This document shows positions 9,329 through 18,120 of a stretch of 64,000 bases of DNA, piece by piece. The DNA comes from Lachnospiraceae bacterium (GTDB lineage: Bacteria > Bacillota > Clostridia > Lachnospirales > Lachnospiraceae). The translations under genes were made by a program, and so were the position numbers. Below the pieces are notes generated by a model. The model saw nothing but the letters and a program-made list of their open reading frames with translations, ran no database searches and had not been told where the DNA came from. The first letter of the stretch is position 1; the number at the start of each line of letters is the position of its first letter. The DNA lies in assembly GCA_963643465.1 (NCBI GenBank), contig CAVIJT010000004.1, positions 94,705-158,704 on the forward strand, in the 5' to 3' direction.

Positions 9329-10240
9329 ATGGAGACTAATATTTTGTTAGAAAGTGGTACTAACGAGTTGGAGATATTGGAATTCCGTGTAGGGGGAAAT
9401 TACTATGGAATGAACGTTGCTAAAATCAAAGAGATTTTAACATATAAAAAACCAACACCAGTGCCTAATGGACATCCTTCCATAGAAGGAATTTTTATGC
9501 CACGTGATACAATTATTTCAATTATTGATCTTGCTAAATGCTTACATTTGCCACCTTCCAAAGATGAGAGCAGAGATATGTATATTGTAACAAACTTTAA
9601 TCAGTTGCATACTGCATTTCATGTGCATGAGGTAGTTGGAATACATCGCGTTTCATGGGCGGATATTGTGAAACCAGATGATACAATCAATACTGCTGGT
9701 GCAGGAGTGGCAACAGGAATTATTAAGATTGACCAAAAACTGATTATTATTCTTGATTTTGAGAAGATTGTAAATGATATCAGTCCAGAGACCAGTTTGC
9801 GTGTTTCTGATGTGAACCGTTTAGGAGAACGTGCTAGAAATGAACATCCAATTTTGATTGCTGAGGATTCTCCTTTACTTAGCAAACTGATTACAGATTG
9901 TCTTCACAAGGCTGGGTATTGCAATGTTACCGTTTCCAATAATGGAAAAGAGGCTTGGGACAAGTTATGCCAATATAAGGAAGAAGGCAATCCACGCGAC
10001 AAGGTAAGCTGTGTGATTACAGATATTGAGATGCCTCAGATGGATGGACATCGTTTGACAAAGTTAATCAAAGATGATGAATCTTTAAATGATCTTCCAG
10101 TTGTTATTTTTTCTTCGCTTGTAAACGAAGAAATGAAGAGAAAAGGAGAGCGTCTTGGTGCGGATGCCCAGTTATCGAAACCGGAGATTGGTTCTTTGGT
10201 AGCATGTATTGATAATTTAATAGGAAAAACAACAGAATGA
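9329..10240 (+). CDS. cheV: Chemotaxis coupling protein CheV (CheW domain plus receiver domain)
   Basis: N-terminal CheW-like region (ELEILEFRVGGNYYGMNVAKIKEIL). C-terminal REC domain (ILIAEDSPLL ... VITDIEMPQMDG ... SKP). Confidence 0.85.
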   Translation: METNILLESGTNELEILEFRVGGNYYGMNVAKIKEILTYKKPTPVPNGHPSIEGIFMPRDTIISIIDLAKCLHLPPSKDESRDMYIVTNFNQLHTAFHVHEVVGIHRVSWADIVKPDDTINTAGAGVATGIIKIDQKLIIILDFEKIVNDISPETSLRVSDVNRLGERARNEHPILIAEDSPLLSKLITDCLHKAGYCNVTVSNNGKEAWDKLCQYKEEGNPRDKVSCVITDIEMPQMDGHRLTKLIKDDESLNDLPVVIFSSLVNEEMKRKGERLGADAQLSKPEIGSLVACIDNLIGKTTE

Positions 10241-10245
10241 AACGT

Positions 10246-10283
10246 TGCCGTGCAATTATAATACAAGTTGCACGGCACTTTTA
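10246..10283 (+). terminator. Rho-independent terminator after cheV
   Basis: 10-bp stem tgccgtgcaa (10246-10255) with ttgcacggca (10068 offset corrected: 10268-10277), followed by cttttat. Confidence 0.7.
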
Positions 10284-10347
10284 TGTAGGAAGGAAATAAA
10301 AGTGTTGCAAATCATAATGAACGTTTGCCAAAAAATGTAATAGTTTC

Positions 10348-10376
10348 TTGTGGAATTGTAACTATTATGGTATAAT
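10348..10376 (+). promoter_or_regulatory. Candidate extended -10 promoter
   Basis: TTGTGG, 17 nt spacer, TATAAT (10371-10376), with TGG immediately upstream of the -10 hexamer. Confidence 0.45.
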
Positions 10377-10474
10377 ATAATCAGTTTTTATGTTGAAATA
10401 AAAGCATAATCCACCTTTTTAGGGGGATAGGGAAAATTTTTGTCCTCGCGGCAAGTATGTTAGGGCATACTTGA

Positions 10475-12154
10475 ATGACGGAAAAGATTGGACATGGGGG
10501 GTTGAATATGGGGCAATGTAAGATTTGTGGAAAAGAAACAGCCGATGGACAGGATGTCTGTGAAGTTTGTCAGAGCGATCTTGATAATGTGGAAGTGGAT
10601 GTATCAGATTTAGGGGATCTTGATTTATCACTGGAGGAATTTGATTTACCAGAATTGTCAGGAGATTTGCTTGAGACAGAACTGGAATTTAATTTAGAAG
10701 ATCCAGATAATGATTTAGAAAATCCCAATATTGTTGTAAGGGATTTGGAACCGGATGTGACTGAGGAATTAGAAGAAGATATTCCATTGGCAGAAGTGGA
10801 AGAGTCAGTCCAAGAACCAGTGATGGCGCAGCCAGAAATGGAGTCGGAAGACAGCGTTGAGTTCTTTAAGGAAGAAGAGGTATCGGAAGGTATCCAAGAA
10901 ATAACAGAAGAACCTATGGCAGATTTGTCAGATTTAGGTATTGATCTTAATGATGAGATGGCGGTTAGTGATTTGCCGGAAGCAGATAATGAACCAATAC
11001 CGGATTTGGGATTAGATTTGGATGGGGATTTACCAAATTTAGACACAGTTATGGAAGAAGAGGATGGTCTTGATTCCTTGTTGTCAGATACAGATTCTTC
11101 TGATGGAATGGATTTATCAGGACTTTTACCGGAAAATTTAATGGCAGAGGTTACTGGCGAAACAGAACCTGAGGAGCATTTGGCAGATTTGTTGGAAGAT
11201 CCGGTGGAAGATGTTTCTAGCGACCCAGATGATTTTTTAGGTGGTCTTGATTTGGGATTTGGTAGTAGTTCCGATGAAGAGATTGCTTTGCTGGATGATT
11301 TACCGGATGCAGAAGAGGTTGCAGAGCTTGCAACACCAAAACCTAAAGTTAGTATCTGGAAGAGGCTATTTGGTAATCTGAAGGATGAAAAATGGGAAAA
11401 GCAAAAGGAAAAAGAAGCAAAAGCAGAAGAAGCTCGACTTGCTAAAGAAGCAGAGAAGAAAGCAAAAGAAGAAGAAGGTGTGCAGGCTACTGAAGGAGAA
11501 GGCGGCGAAGGAGAAGAACAAGCCGTAGATCCAAAAGAGGCAAAGAAAGCTGCAAAGCTGGCAAAGAAAGAAGAAAAAGCAAGACGAAAAGCGGAGAAGA
11601 AAGAAGAAAAAGAACGTCTGAAAGAATTGGCGGAAGAAGAGGATGGAGACGAAGGGCGTATCAATCGCGTGGGCGCAGCCATTGTATTCGCGTTTTTTGG
11701 AATTGTTGCTGCTTTTATCATTGCTGGAACCGACATCTTTCATTACAATAGTAGCATAACGAAAGCGGAAAACTATTTTGAGGAAGATGAGTATACAGCA
11801 GCCTATTCTCAGTTGGCAGGGTTAGACATTAAGAGTAAGGATCAAGAGTTATATGAGAAAGTTCGCATGGTTATGTATGTGGATAAGGAACTAGATTCTT
11901 ATCATAATTATACCAACATCCGAATGTATCCAGAGGCATTGCATTCTTTGATTAGAGGATTAGAGAAGTATGATGCACACATTGAAAATGCAGAGGAGTT
12001 AGATGTGACAGAAGATTACGATAAACTTCGTACAAAAATTTTGTCAGAGATGGAAAGTGAGTATAATCTGACAGAAGAAGAGGCATATAAGTTGATTGAG
12101 ATGGAAGATCAGACTGCCTATAGCAATGAAGTAATCGCAATTGCCAATGAATAA
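10475..12154 (+). CDS. Zinc-ribbon, hyper-acidic, single-pass membrane protein (hypothetical)
   Basis: CKICGKETADGQDVCEVCQ zinc ribbon. About 270 aa of D/E/L-rich low complexity. A K/E-rich charged helix. TM segment VGAAIVFAFFGIVAAFIIAG. About 150 aa C-terminal domain. The start could instead be ATG 10508. Confidence 0.65.
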   Translation: MTEKIGHGGLNMGQCKICGKETADGQDVCEVCQSDLDNVEVDVSDLGDLDLSLEEFDLPELSGDLLETELEFNLEDPDNDLENPNIVVRDLEPDVTEELEEDIPLAEVEESVQEPVMAQPEMESEDSVEFFKEEEVSEGIQEITEEPMADLSDLGIDLNDEMAVSDLPEADNEPIPDLGLDLDGDLPNLDTVMEEEDGLDSLLSDTDSSDGMDLSGLLPENLMAEVTGETEPEEHLADLLEDPVEDVSSDPDDFLGGLDLGFGSSSDEEIALLDDLPDAEEVAELATPKPKVSIWKRLFGNLKDEKWEKQKEKEAKAEEARLAKEAEKKAKEEEGVQATEGEGGEGEEQAVDPKEAKKAAKLAKKEEKARRKAEKKEEKERLKELAEEEDGDEGRINRVGAAIVFAFFGIVAAFIIAGTDIFHYNSSITKAENYFEEDEYTAAYSQLAGLDIKSKDQELYEKVRMVMYVDKELDSYHNYTNIRMYPEALHSLIRGLEKYDAHIENAEELDVTEDYDKLRTKILSEMESEYNLTEEEAYKLIEMEDQTAYSNEVIAIANE

Positions 12155-12220
12155 TATAAATATTTGTTTGGAAGAACAAATACATAAAGACTGTAAAAAC
12201 ACATTTAGTAATTTTATAAG

Positions 12221-12281
12221 AGGTATTGTAAATAGATACAAATTTGTTGTATGATATATTTACAGTACCTCTTGTTTGTTT
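12221..12281 (+). terminator. Rho-independent terminator
   Basis: aggtattgtaaat (12221-12233) pairs with atttacagtacct (12258-12270). There is an inner atacaa/ttgtat extension, followed by cttgtttgttt. Confidence 0.6.
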
Positions 12282-12298
12282 AAGAAAAGGAGATTGTC

Positions 12299-12922
12299 AT
12301 GATAGCAATTATAGATTATGATGCAGGAAATTTGAAAAGTGTGGAGAAAGCATTGGCATTTCTAGGCGAAGATGCTGTGATTACCCGTGATAAGAAAACC
12401 TTATTAGAGGCGGAGAAAGTAATTTTACCTGGAGTTGGAGCATTTGAAGATGCCATGGGAAAATTAAAAAAATACGATTTAGTAGACACTATTAAAGAAA
12501 TTGTAGAAAAAGGAACTCCGTTTTTAGGGATTTGTCTGGGATTACAGTTGATGTTTGAGCGAAGTGATGAATCAGAGCATGATGTTCCGGGACTTGGCAT
12601 ACTAAAAGGGGAAATTTTGAAAATTCCTCCAAAAGAAGACTTGAAAATTCCACATATGGGATGGAATAGTTTAAAGATTAAGAAGGATGCAACCTTATTT
12701 AAGGGGATTGAGGAGAATGCTTATGTATATTTTGTGCATTCCTATTATTTAAAAGCGGCAGATGAGGCAGATGTGGCAGCTACCACAGAATATTCTACCA
12801 ATATTCATGCGTCTGTAGAACATGGAAATGTATTTGCTTGTCAGTTTCATCCAGAAAAAAGTGGAGAGGTCGGATTACAAATTTTGAAGAATTTTGCAAA
12901 TATTGGAAGGGAGGAACTGTAA
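12299..12922 (+). CDS. hisH: Imidazole glycerol phosphate synthase, glutamine amidotransferase subunit
   Basis: [19 protein letters not shown] start. Catalytic GICLG and FHPEKS motifs. Confidence 0.95.
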   Translation: MIAIIDYDAGNLKSVEKALAFLGEDAVITRDKKTLLEAEKVILPGVGAFEDAMGKLKKYDLVDTIKEIVEKGTPFLGICLGLQLMFERSDESEHDVPGLGILKGEILKIPPKEDLKIPHMGWNSLKIKKDATLFKGIEENAYVYFVHSYYLKAADEADVAATTEYSTNIHASVEHGNVFACQFHPEKSGEVGLQILKNFANIGREEL

Positions 12923-13683
12923 TGTTTACCAAAAGAATTATCCCATGTTTGGATGTACATGATGGCCGAGTAGTCAAGGGCGTGAATTTTGTAAATTTAG
13001 TGGATGCAGGAGATCCAGTTGCAGTAGGGGCTGCATACGATAAGGCAGGAGCAGATGAATTGGTATTTTTAGACATTACTGCTTCTTCTGATGCAAGAGC
13101 TACTAAGATTGATATGGTACGTCGTGTGGCAGAAACTGTGTTTATACCTTTTACCGTAGGTGGTGGAATTCGTACGGTGGAAGATTTTAAAGTGATTTTA
13201 AGAGAGGGAGCAGATAAAGTTTCCGTAAACTCTGCTGCAATTATGAATCCGAATTTAATTTCTGAGGCTGCGGACAAATTTGGAAGTCAATGTGTGGTTG
13301 TAGCCATTGATGCCAAAAGACGAGAAGATGGAAGCGGCTGGAATGTATACAAAAATGGTGGTCGTGTAGATATGGGAATCGATGCAGTGGAATGGGCAAT
13401 GAAGGCAAATGAATTAGGAGCAGGAGAAATTTTGCTTACCAGTATGGATTGTGATGGAACAAAGGATGGTTATGATATCGAACTTACTAGAACCATTTCA
13501 GAAAATGTATCCATTCCGGTAATTGCCTCTGGTGGTGCTGGAAAGATGGAAGATTTTACAGAAGCATTGACAGAAGGAAAGGCAGATGCTGCATTGGCTG
13601 CATCTTTGTTTCATTTTAAAGAGTTAGAAATTCGACAGGTAAAAGAACATCTTCGTCAGCAAGGCATCAGTGTACGATTATAA
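12922..13683 (+). CDS. hisF: Imidazole glycerol phosphate synthase, cyclase subunit
   Basis: [20 protein letters not shown] start at ATG 12922, overlapping the hisH stop. The longer ORF from 12838 is only an in-frame upstream extension. Confidence 0.95.
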   Translation: MFTKRIIPCLDVHDGRVVKGVNFVNLVDAGDPVAVGAAYDKAGADELVFLDITASSDARATKIDMVRRVAETVFIPFTVGGGIRTVEDFKVILREGADKVSVNSAAIMNPNLISEAADKFGSQCVVVAIDAKRREDGSGWNVYKNGGRVDMGIDAVEWAMKANELGAGEILLTSMDCDGTKDGYDIELTRTISENVSIPVIASGGAGKMEDFTEALTEGKADAALAASLFHFKELEIRQVKEHLRQQGISVRL

Positions 13684-13702
13684 GAAGAAAGAAGGCAAGA
13701 AC

Positions 13703-14377
13703 ATGGCAGCAATTTCCAATGACTGGTTGGGAGCAATTGGAGGAGAATTTAAAAAAGATTATTATAAACAGTTGTATCAATTTGTAAAAGAAGAGTACAG
13801 CACTCATGTGATTTATCCTCCTTCCGAAGATATTTTTAATGCGTTACATTTAACGCCATTAAAAGATGTAAAGGTAGTAATTCTTGGACAAGATCCATAT
13901 CATAATGTGAATCAAGCACATGGTCTTTGTTTTTCTGTAAGACCAGAAGTAGATATTCCGCCTTCGCTTGTGAACATATATAAAGAATTGCAGGATGATT
14001 TGGGATGTTATGTGCCAAACAATGGATATTTGGTAAAATGGGCAAAACAGGGAGTGCTTATGTTAAATACAGTGCTTACAGTGCGCGCCCATCAGGCAGC
14101 TTCTCATCAGGGAAAAGGTTGGGAGCAGTTTACAGATGCCATTATAGAGGCGGTAAATCAAGAGGATCGTCCTATTGTGTTTATGTTATGGGGAAGACCA
14201 GCACAGATGAAAAAGAAGATGTTACATAATCCGAAACATTTGATTTTGGAAGCACCCCATCCAAGTCCGCTTTCTGCATATAGAGGATTTTTTGGCAGTA
14301 AACCATTTAGTAAAACCAATGCCTTTTTGCAGGAACATGGAGTGGAACCAATTGATTGGCAAATCGAAAATTGTTAA
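13703..14377 (+). CDS. ung: Uracil-DNA glycosylase (family 1)
   Basis: GQDPYH and HPSPLS motifs. Start chosen at ATG 13703 (MAAISNDW...), 20 nt after the hisF stop. Confidence 0.9.
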   Translation: MAAISNDWLGAIGGEFKKDYYKQLYQFVKEEYSTHVIYPPSEDIFNALHLTPLKDVKVVILGQDPYHNVNQAHGLCFSVRPEVDIPPSLVNIYKELQDDLGCYVPNNGYLVKWAKQGVLMLNTVLTVRAHQAASHQGKGWEQFTDAIIEAVNQEDRPIVFMLWGRPAQMKKKMLHNPKHLILEAPHPSPLSAYRGFFGSKPFSKTNAFLQEHGVEPIDWQIENC

Positions 14378-14482
14378 AGGTTGGTGATTGTTTATATTCG
14401 GGCTCTCATGGAATAAGTGATAGTAAGCATATTTGCAAAAACACTTGTCTTTGAGAGCCAGTAGTGTGATACGAAGATTTCG

Positions 14483-14511
14483 TTGACACTATATAGAAAA
14501 TAGCTTATAAT
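14483..14511 (+). promoter_or_regulatory. Consensus sigma-A promoter for hisZGD
   Basis: TTGACA (14483-14488), exactly 17 nt, TATAAT (14506-14511). Confidence 0.7.
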
Positions 14512-14607
14512 GAGAAATATTCGGCTGAGCATTGTAAAATAAATGCTTTAGTGTGATAAAGTGATAAAGTAAAGTTGCTGAGAATATTCAGTAAGAAGGA
14601 GGAAAAC

Positions 14608-15906
14608 ATGATTAAAGCAGATTATAAATTTTCGAACCATTCGACGGGGCATGACTTGCTTCATACACCGGAAGGAGTTCGTGATATTTATGGAGAGGAA
14701 TGTGCGCGAAAAGTAAGAGTACAGGAAACTATGCATCATGTTTTAAAATTGTACGGATTTAATGATATTCAGACACCAACGTTTGAATTTTTTGATATTT
14801 TTAGTGAGCAGCGTGGGACTGTGGCAGCAAAGAATATGTATCGTTTCTTTGATAGGGAAGGAAATATGTTGGCGCTTAGACCAGATATTACACCGTCTAT
14901 TGCAAGATGTGTTTCAAAATATTATAAAGAGGAGGAGTTGCCAATTCGTTTTTGCTACTCTGGAAATACCTTTATTAATAACACAAGTTATCAGGGAAAA
15001 TTAAAAGAAACCACACAGATAGGTGCAGAATTAATAAATGACGATACTTCAGATGCAGATGCAGAGATGATTGCTGTAACAATTGAATGTTTACTGGAAT
15101 GTGGAATTCGTGAGTTACAGATTGAAGTGGGACATGCAGACTTTTTCAATGGTATTGTAGAGGAAGGGAATTTTACTGATACAGAAAAGGAAGAACTTCG
15201 CAATTTAATTATGCAGAAAAATATGTTTGGTGTGGAACAGATGATAGAGGAGAAGAACATTACTGGGAATTTGAAAGAATTATTTTTAAAACTTCCGGAA
15301 ATGTTTGGAAATTTGGAAAATCTTTCTTATGCAAGAACATTGACTACAAATGAGAAGGCGTTACATGCCATTCATCGTTTGGAAAAATTATATACTATTT
15401 TAAAGACATATGAGCTTAACAGTTATGTGACTTTTGATTTGGGAATGTTAAGTTCTTATAATTATTATACAGGTATTATTTATAAAGCCTATACATACGG
15501 AACAGGAGAGCCAATTGCCAAAGGCGGTCGTTATGGTGCGTTGACAGAACAGTTTGGAAAGAAAGCACCAGCAATTGGTCTTGCCATTGAGGTGGATCAG
15601 GTGATGATGGCTCTTTCCAGACAGAAGATTGATGTATTGAGAGAAGCACCTGTTACTATCGTGCTTTATAAGAGTGATTACCGCAGAGTGGCAATTGATG
15701 TGGCAAAATATTATCGTGGCAAACAGATGAAGATTGAGTTGCTTCGTAAATCATCCAGAAGAAGCCTTCAGGAATATAAGCAGTTTGCCATTCGCAACGG
15801 CATACATCAGATTTTATATATCGAGGATGAGGAAAATGCCTCTTTGCTTGATGTAGAAAATAATACAGAAAAGATTATGAAAATACAGGATATATTAGAA
15901 AGATAG
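14608..15906 (+). CDS. hisZ: ATP phosphoribosyltransferase regulatory subunit (HisRS paralogue)
   Basis: LHTPEGVRDIYG and RFFDREGNMLALRPDITPSIAR class-II aaRS-like motifs. AGGAGG RBS before ATG 14608. It lies directly upstream of a short-form hisG. Confidence 0.9.
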   Translation: MIKADYKFSNHSTGHDLLHTPEGVRDIYGEECARKVRVQETMHHVLKLYGFNDIQTPTFEFFDIFSEQRGTVAAKNMYRFFDREGNMLALRPDITPSIARCVSKYYKEEELPIRFCYSGNTFINNTSYQGKLKETTQIGAELINDDTSDADAEMIAVTIECLLECGIRELQIEVGHADFFNGIVEEGNFTDTEKEELRNLIMQKNMFGVEQMIEEKNITGNLKELFLKLPEMFGNLENLSYARTLTTNEKALHAIHRLEKLYTILKTYELNSYVTFDLGMLSSYNYYTGIIYKAYTYGTGEPIAKGGRYGALTEQFGKKAPAIGLAIEVDQVMMALSRQKIDVLREAPVTIVLYKSDYRRVAIDVAKYYRGKQMKIELLRKSSRRSLQEYKQFAIRNGIHQILYIEDEENASLLDVENNTEKIMKIQDILER

Positions 15907-15921
15907 TAGATGGAGGTTTCT

Positions 15922-16584
15922 ATGAGATATATTACATTTGCCCTTGCGAAAGGAAGACTTGCTAAGAAAACACTTGGAATTTTGGAGAAAATTGGAATTA
16001 CATGTGAGGAGATGAAAGATCCCGATACTCGTAAATTGATTTTTGTCAATGAAGAGTTGAAATTGAAATTTTTCCTTGCAAAAGCATCGGATGTTCCTAC
16101 TTATGTGGAATATGGAGCAGCAGACTTTGGAGTGGTTGGAAAAGATACCATTTTAGAGGAAGGCAGAAAGATGTATGAAGTAATTGATCTTGGGCTTGCA
16201 AAGTGTCGTATGTGTGTGGCTGGACCTAAAGAGGCAAAGAGTTTGTTAAGTAGTGGAGAATTGATTCGTGTAGCCACTAAGTATCCTAATATTGCAAAAG
16301 ATTACTTCTATAATAAAAAGCATCAGACTGTGGAAATTGTGAAATTAAATGGTTCCATTGAACTTGCGCCTATTGTTGGGTTGGCTGAAGTAATTGTGGA
16401 TATTGTAGAGACTGGTTCTACTTTGAAAGAGAATGGATTGGTAGTGCTTGAGGAAATCTGTCCATTATCAGCCCGTATGGTAGTAAACGAAGTTAGTATG
16501 AAGATGGAACAGGAAAGAATTACCAAGATTATTAATGATTTGAAGTTGGAATTATCGAAGATGGATGAATCTGAGAAAAATTAA
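15922..16584 (+). CDS. hisG: ATP phosphoribosyltransferase, short form
   Basis: [13 protein letters not shown] start and [14 protein letters not shown] motif. About 220 aa, so the short HisG that needs HisZ. Confidence 0.9.
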   Translation: MRYITFALAKGRLAKKTLGILEKIGITCEEMKDPDTRKLIFVNEELKLKFFLAKASDVPTYVEYGAADFGVVGKDTILEEGRKMYEVIDLGLAKCRMCVAGPKEAKSLLSSGELIRVATKYPNIAKDYFYNKKHQTVEIVKLNGSIELAPIVGLAEVIVDIVETGSTLKENGLVVLEEICPLSARMVVNEVSMKMEQERITKIINDLKLELSKMDESEKN

Positions 16585-16637
16585 TGTTAAAGTTTCTTGT
16601 TAAAATGGAACAGTAACAAGCCAATGGAAGAAAGGTA

Positions 16638-17939
16638 GTGTATATTGTGAGAAAAATTAAATTAACAGAAGACACAAAGAAAAATATATTAGAAGATTTA
16701 TTGAAGAGAAGTCCAAATAGTTATGGAGAATTTGAATCAACTGTTAATGAGATTCTTGAAAATGTGCGTAACAAAAAGGATCAGGCTATATTTGAATATA
16801 CAAAGAAATTTGATAAAGCAGATATTAATGCAGATAATATTTTAGTGACAGAGGCAGAATTTGAAGAGGCTTATACATTAGTGGATGCTTCTTTGGTAGA
16901 AGTAATTCGTCGTGCCATTGCAAATATTAAAGAATATCACGAAAAACAAAAACAATATAGTTGGTTTGACAGTAAGCCAAATGGTACTATATTAGGTCAG
17001 AAAGTAACACCAATCTCAACAGTCGGATTATATGTTCCAGGAGGAAAGGCTGCATATCCATCTAGTGTACTTATGAACTTAATTCCTGCGCAGGTTGCTG
17101 GGGTAGAAAGAATTATTATGTGTACACCACCGGATGCGCAAGGGAAAGTAACACCAACTACTTTAGTTGCTGCAAAAGAAGCTGGTGTGGCAGAGATTTA
17201 TAAAGTGGGTGGAGCGCAAGCTGTAGCTGCTATGGCGTTTGGAACAGAGAGCGTTCCAAAAGTAGACAAGATTACAGGACCTGGTAATATTTTTGTTGCC
17301 TTGGCAAAGAAAGCAGTGTATGGACATGTAAGTATTGATTCTATTGCTGGACCAAGTGAGATTATGGTTCTTGCAGATGAGACAGCAAATCCTAGATATG
17401 TAGCGGCTGATTTACTTTCACAGGCAGAGCATGATGAAATGGCATCTTCCATTCTTGTGACAACAAGTGAGGAATTAGCAGATCAGGTTTCTGCAGAAGT
17501 AGATGGTTTTGTGAAAGAACTTTCCAGAAAAGAGATTATTCAAAAATCATTGGATAACTATGGTTATATTTTGCTTGTGGACAGTATGCAGGAAGCAATT
17601 GACGTTGCAAATGAGATTGCTTCTGAACACTTGGAGATTGTCACAAAAGATCCATTCCAGACTATGACAAAAATTAAAAATGCAGGTGCTATTTTCCTTG
17701 GAGAATACTCTAGTGAGCCTCTTGGGGATTATTTTGCCGGTCCAAATCATGTGTTACCAACAAATGGAACAGCGAAATTTTTCTCGCCACTTAGTGTAGA
17801 TGATTTTGTGAAAAAATCAAGTATTATTTCTTATTCAAAAGAGGCATTAGAGCCGATACACAAAGATATTATTCAATTTGCTACAGCAGAGCAATTGACA
17901 GCCCATGCCAATTCCATTGCTGTTCGTTTTGAAAAATAG
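16638..17939 (+). CDS. hisD: Histidinol dehydrogenase
   Basis: 433 aa with IDSIAGPSEIMVLAD, QAEHDE and SEHLEI motifs. GTG start. Confidence 0.95.
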   Translation: MYIVRKIKLTEDTKKNILEDLLKRSPNSYGEFESTVNEILENVRNKKDQAIFEYTKKFDKADINADNILVTEAEFEEAYTLVDASLVEVIRRAIANIKEYHEKQKQYSWFDSKPNGTILGQKVTPISTVGLYVPGGKAAYPSSVLMNLIPAQVAGVERIIMCTPPDAQGKVTPTTLVAAKEAGVAEIYKVGGAQAVAAMAFGTESVPKVDKITGPGNIFVALAKKAVYGHVSIDSIAGPSEIMVLADETANPRYVAADLLSQAEHDEMASSILVTTSEELADQVSAEVDGFVKELSRKEIIQKSLDNYGYILLVDSMQEAIDVANEIASEHLEIVTKDPFQTMTKIKNAGAIFLGEYSSEPLGDYFAGPNHVLPTNGTAKFFSPLSVDDFVKKSSIISYSKEALEPIHKDIIQFATAEQLTAHANSIAVRFEK

Positions 17940-18012
17940 TTGGCGGTTGTTATGTGTAAAAGAAGAGAGAAAAGCGAAGGGATGGGTAGCGCTTTGTAAG
18001 GGGAATACAAAA

Positions 18013-18047
18013 AGAGGCATCATCTGATTTAGGGTGATGTCTCTTTG
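18013..18047 (+). terminator. Probable terminator after hisD
   Basis: 12-bp stem agaggcatcatc / ggtgatgtctct (2 G-U pairs), followed by a short T run. Confidence 0.5.
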
Positions 18048-18120
18048 TCATAAAATTGGCATACATTGGTGTTATAGTGTTACTATTAACAAATGACAAG
18101 GGAAGAGGAGAGGGAAGAGG

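Noticed and set aside
10570-11736. 388 aa Ser-rich ORF on the minus strand (and the 125 aa ORF at 11366-11743)
   Set aside because: It is an antisense shadow of the GAA/GAT/GAG-rich acidic protein gene. It has extreme low complexity, no RBS and no independent support.
12838-12921. Upstream in-frame extension of hisF
   Set aside because: It lies inside the hisH coding sequence. The canonical [12 protein letters not shown] start is at 12922.
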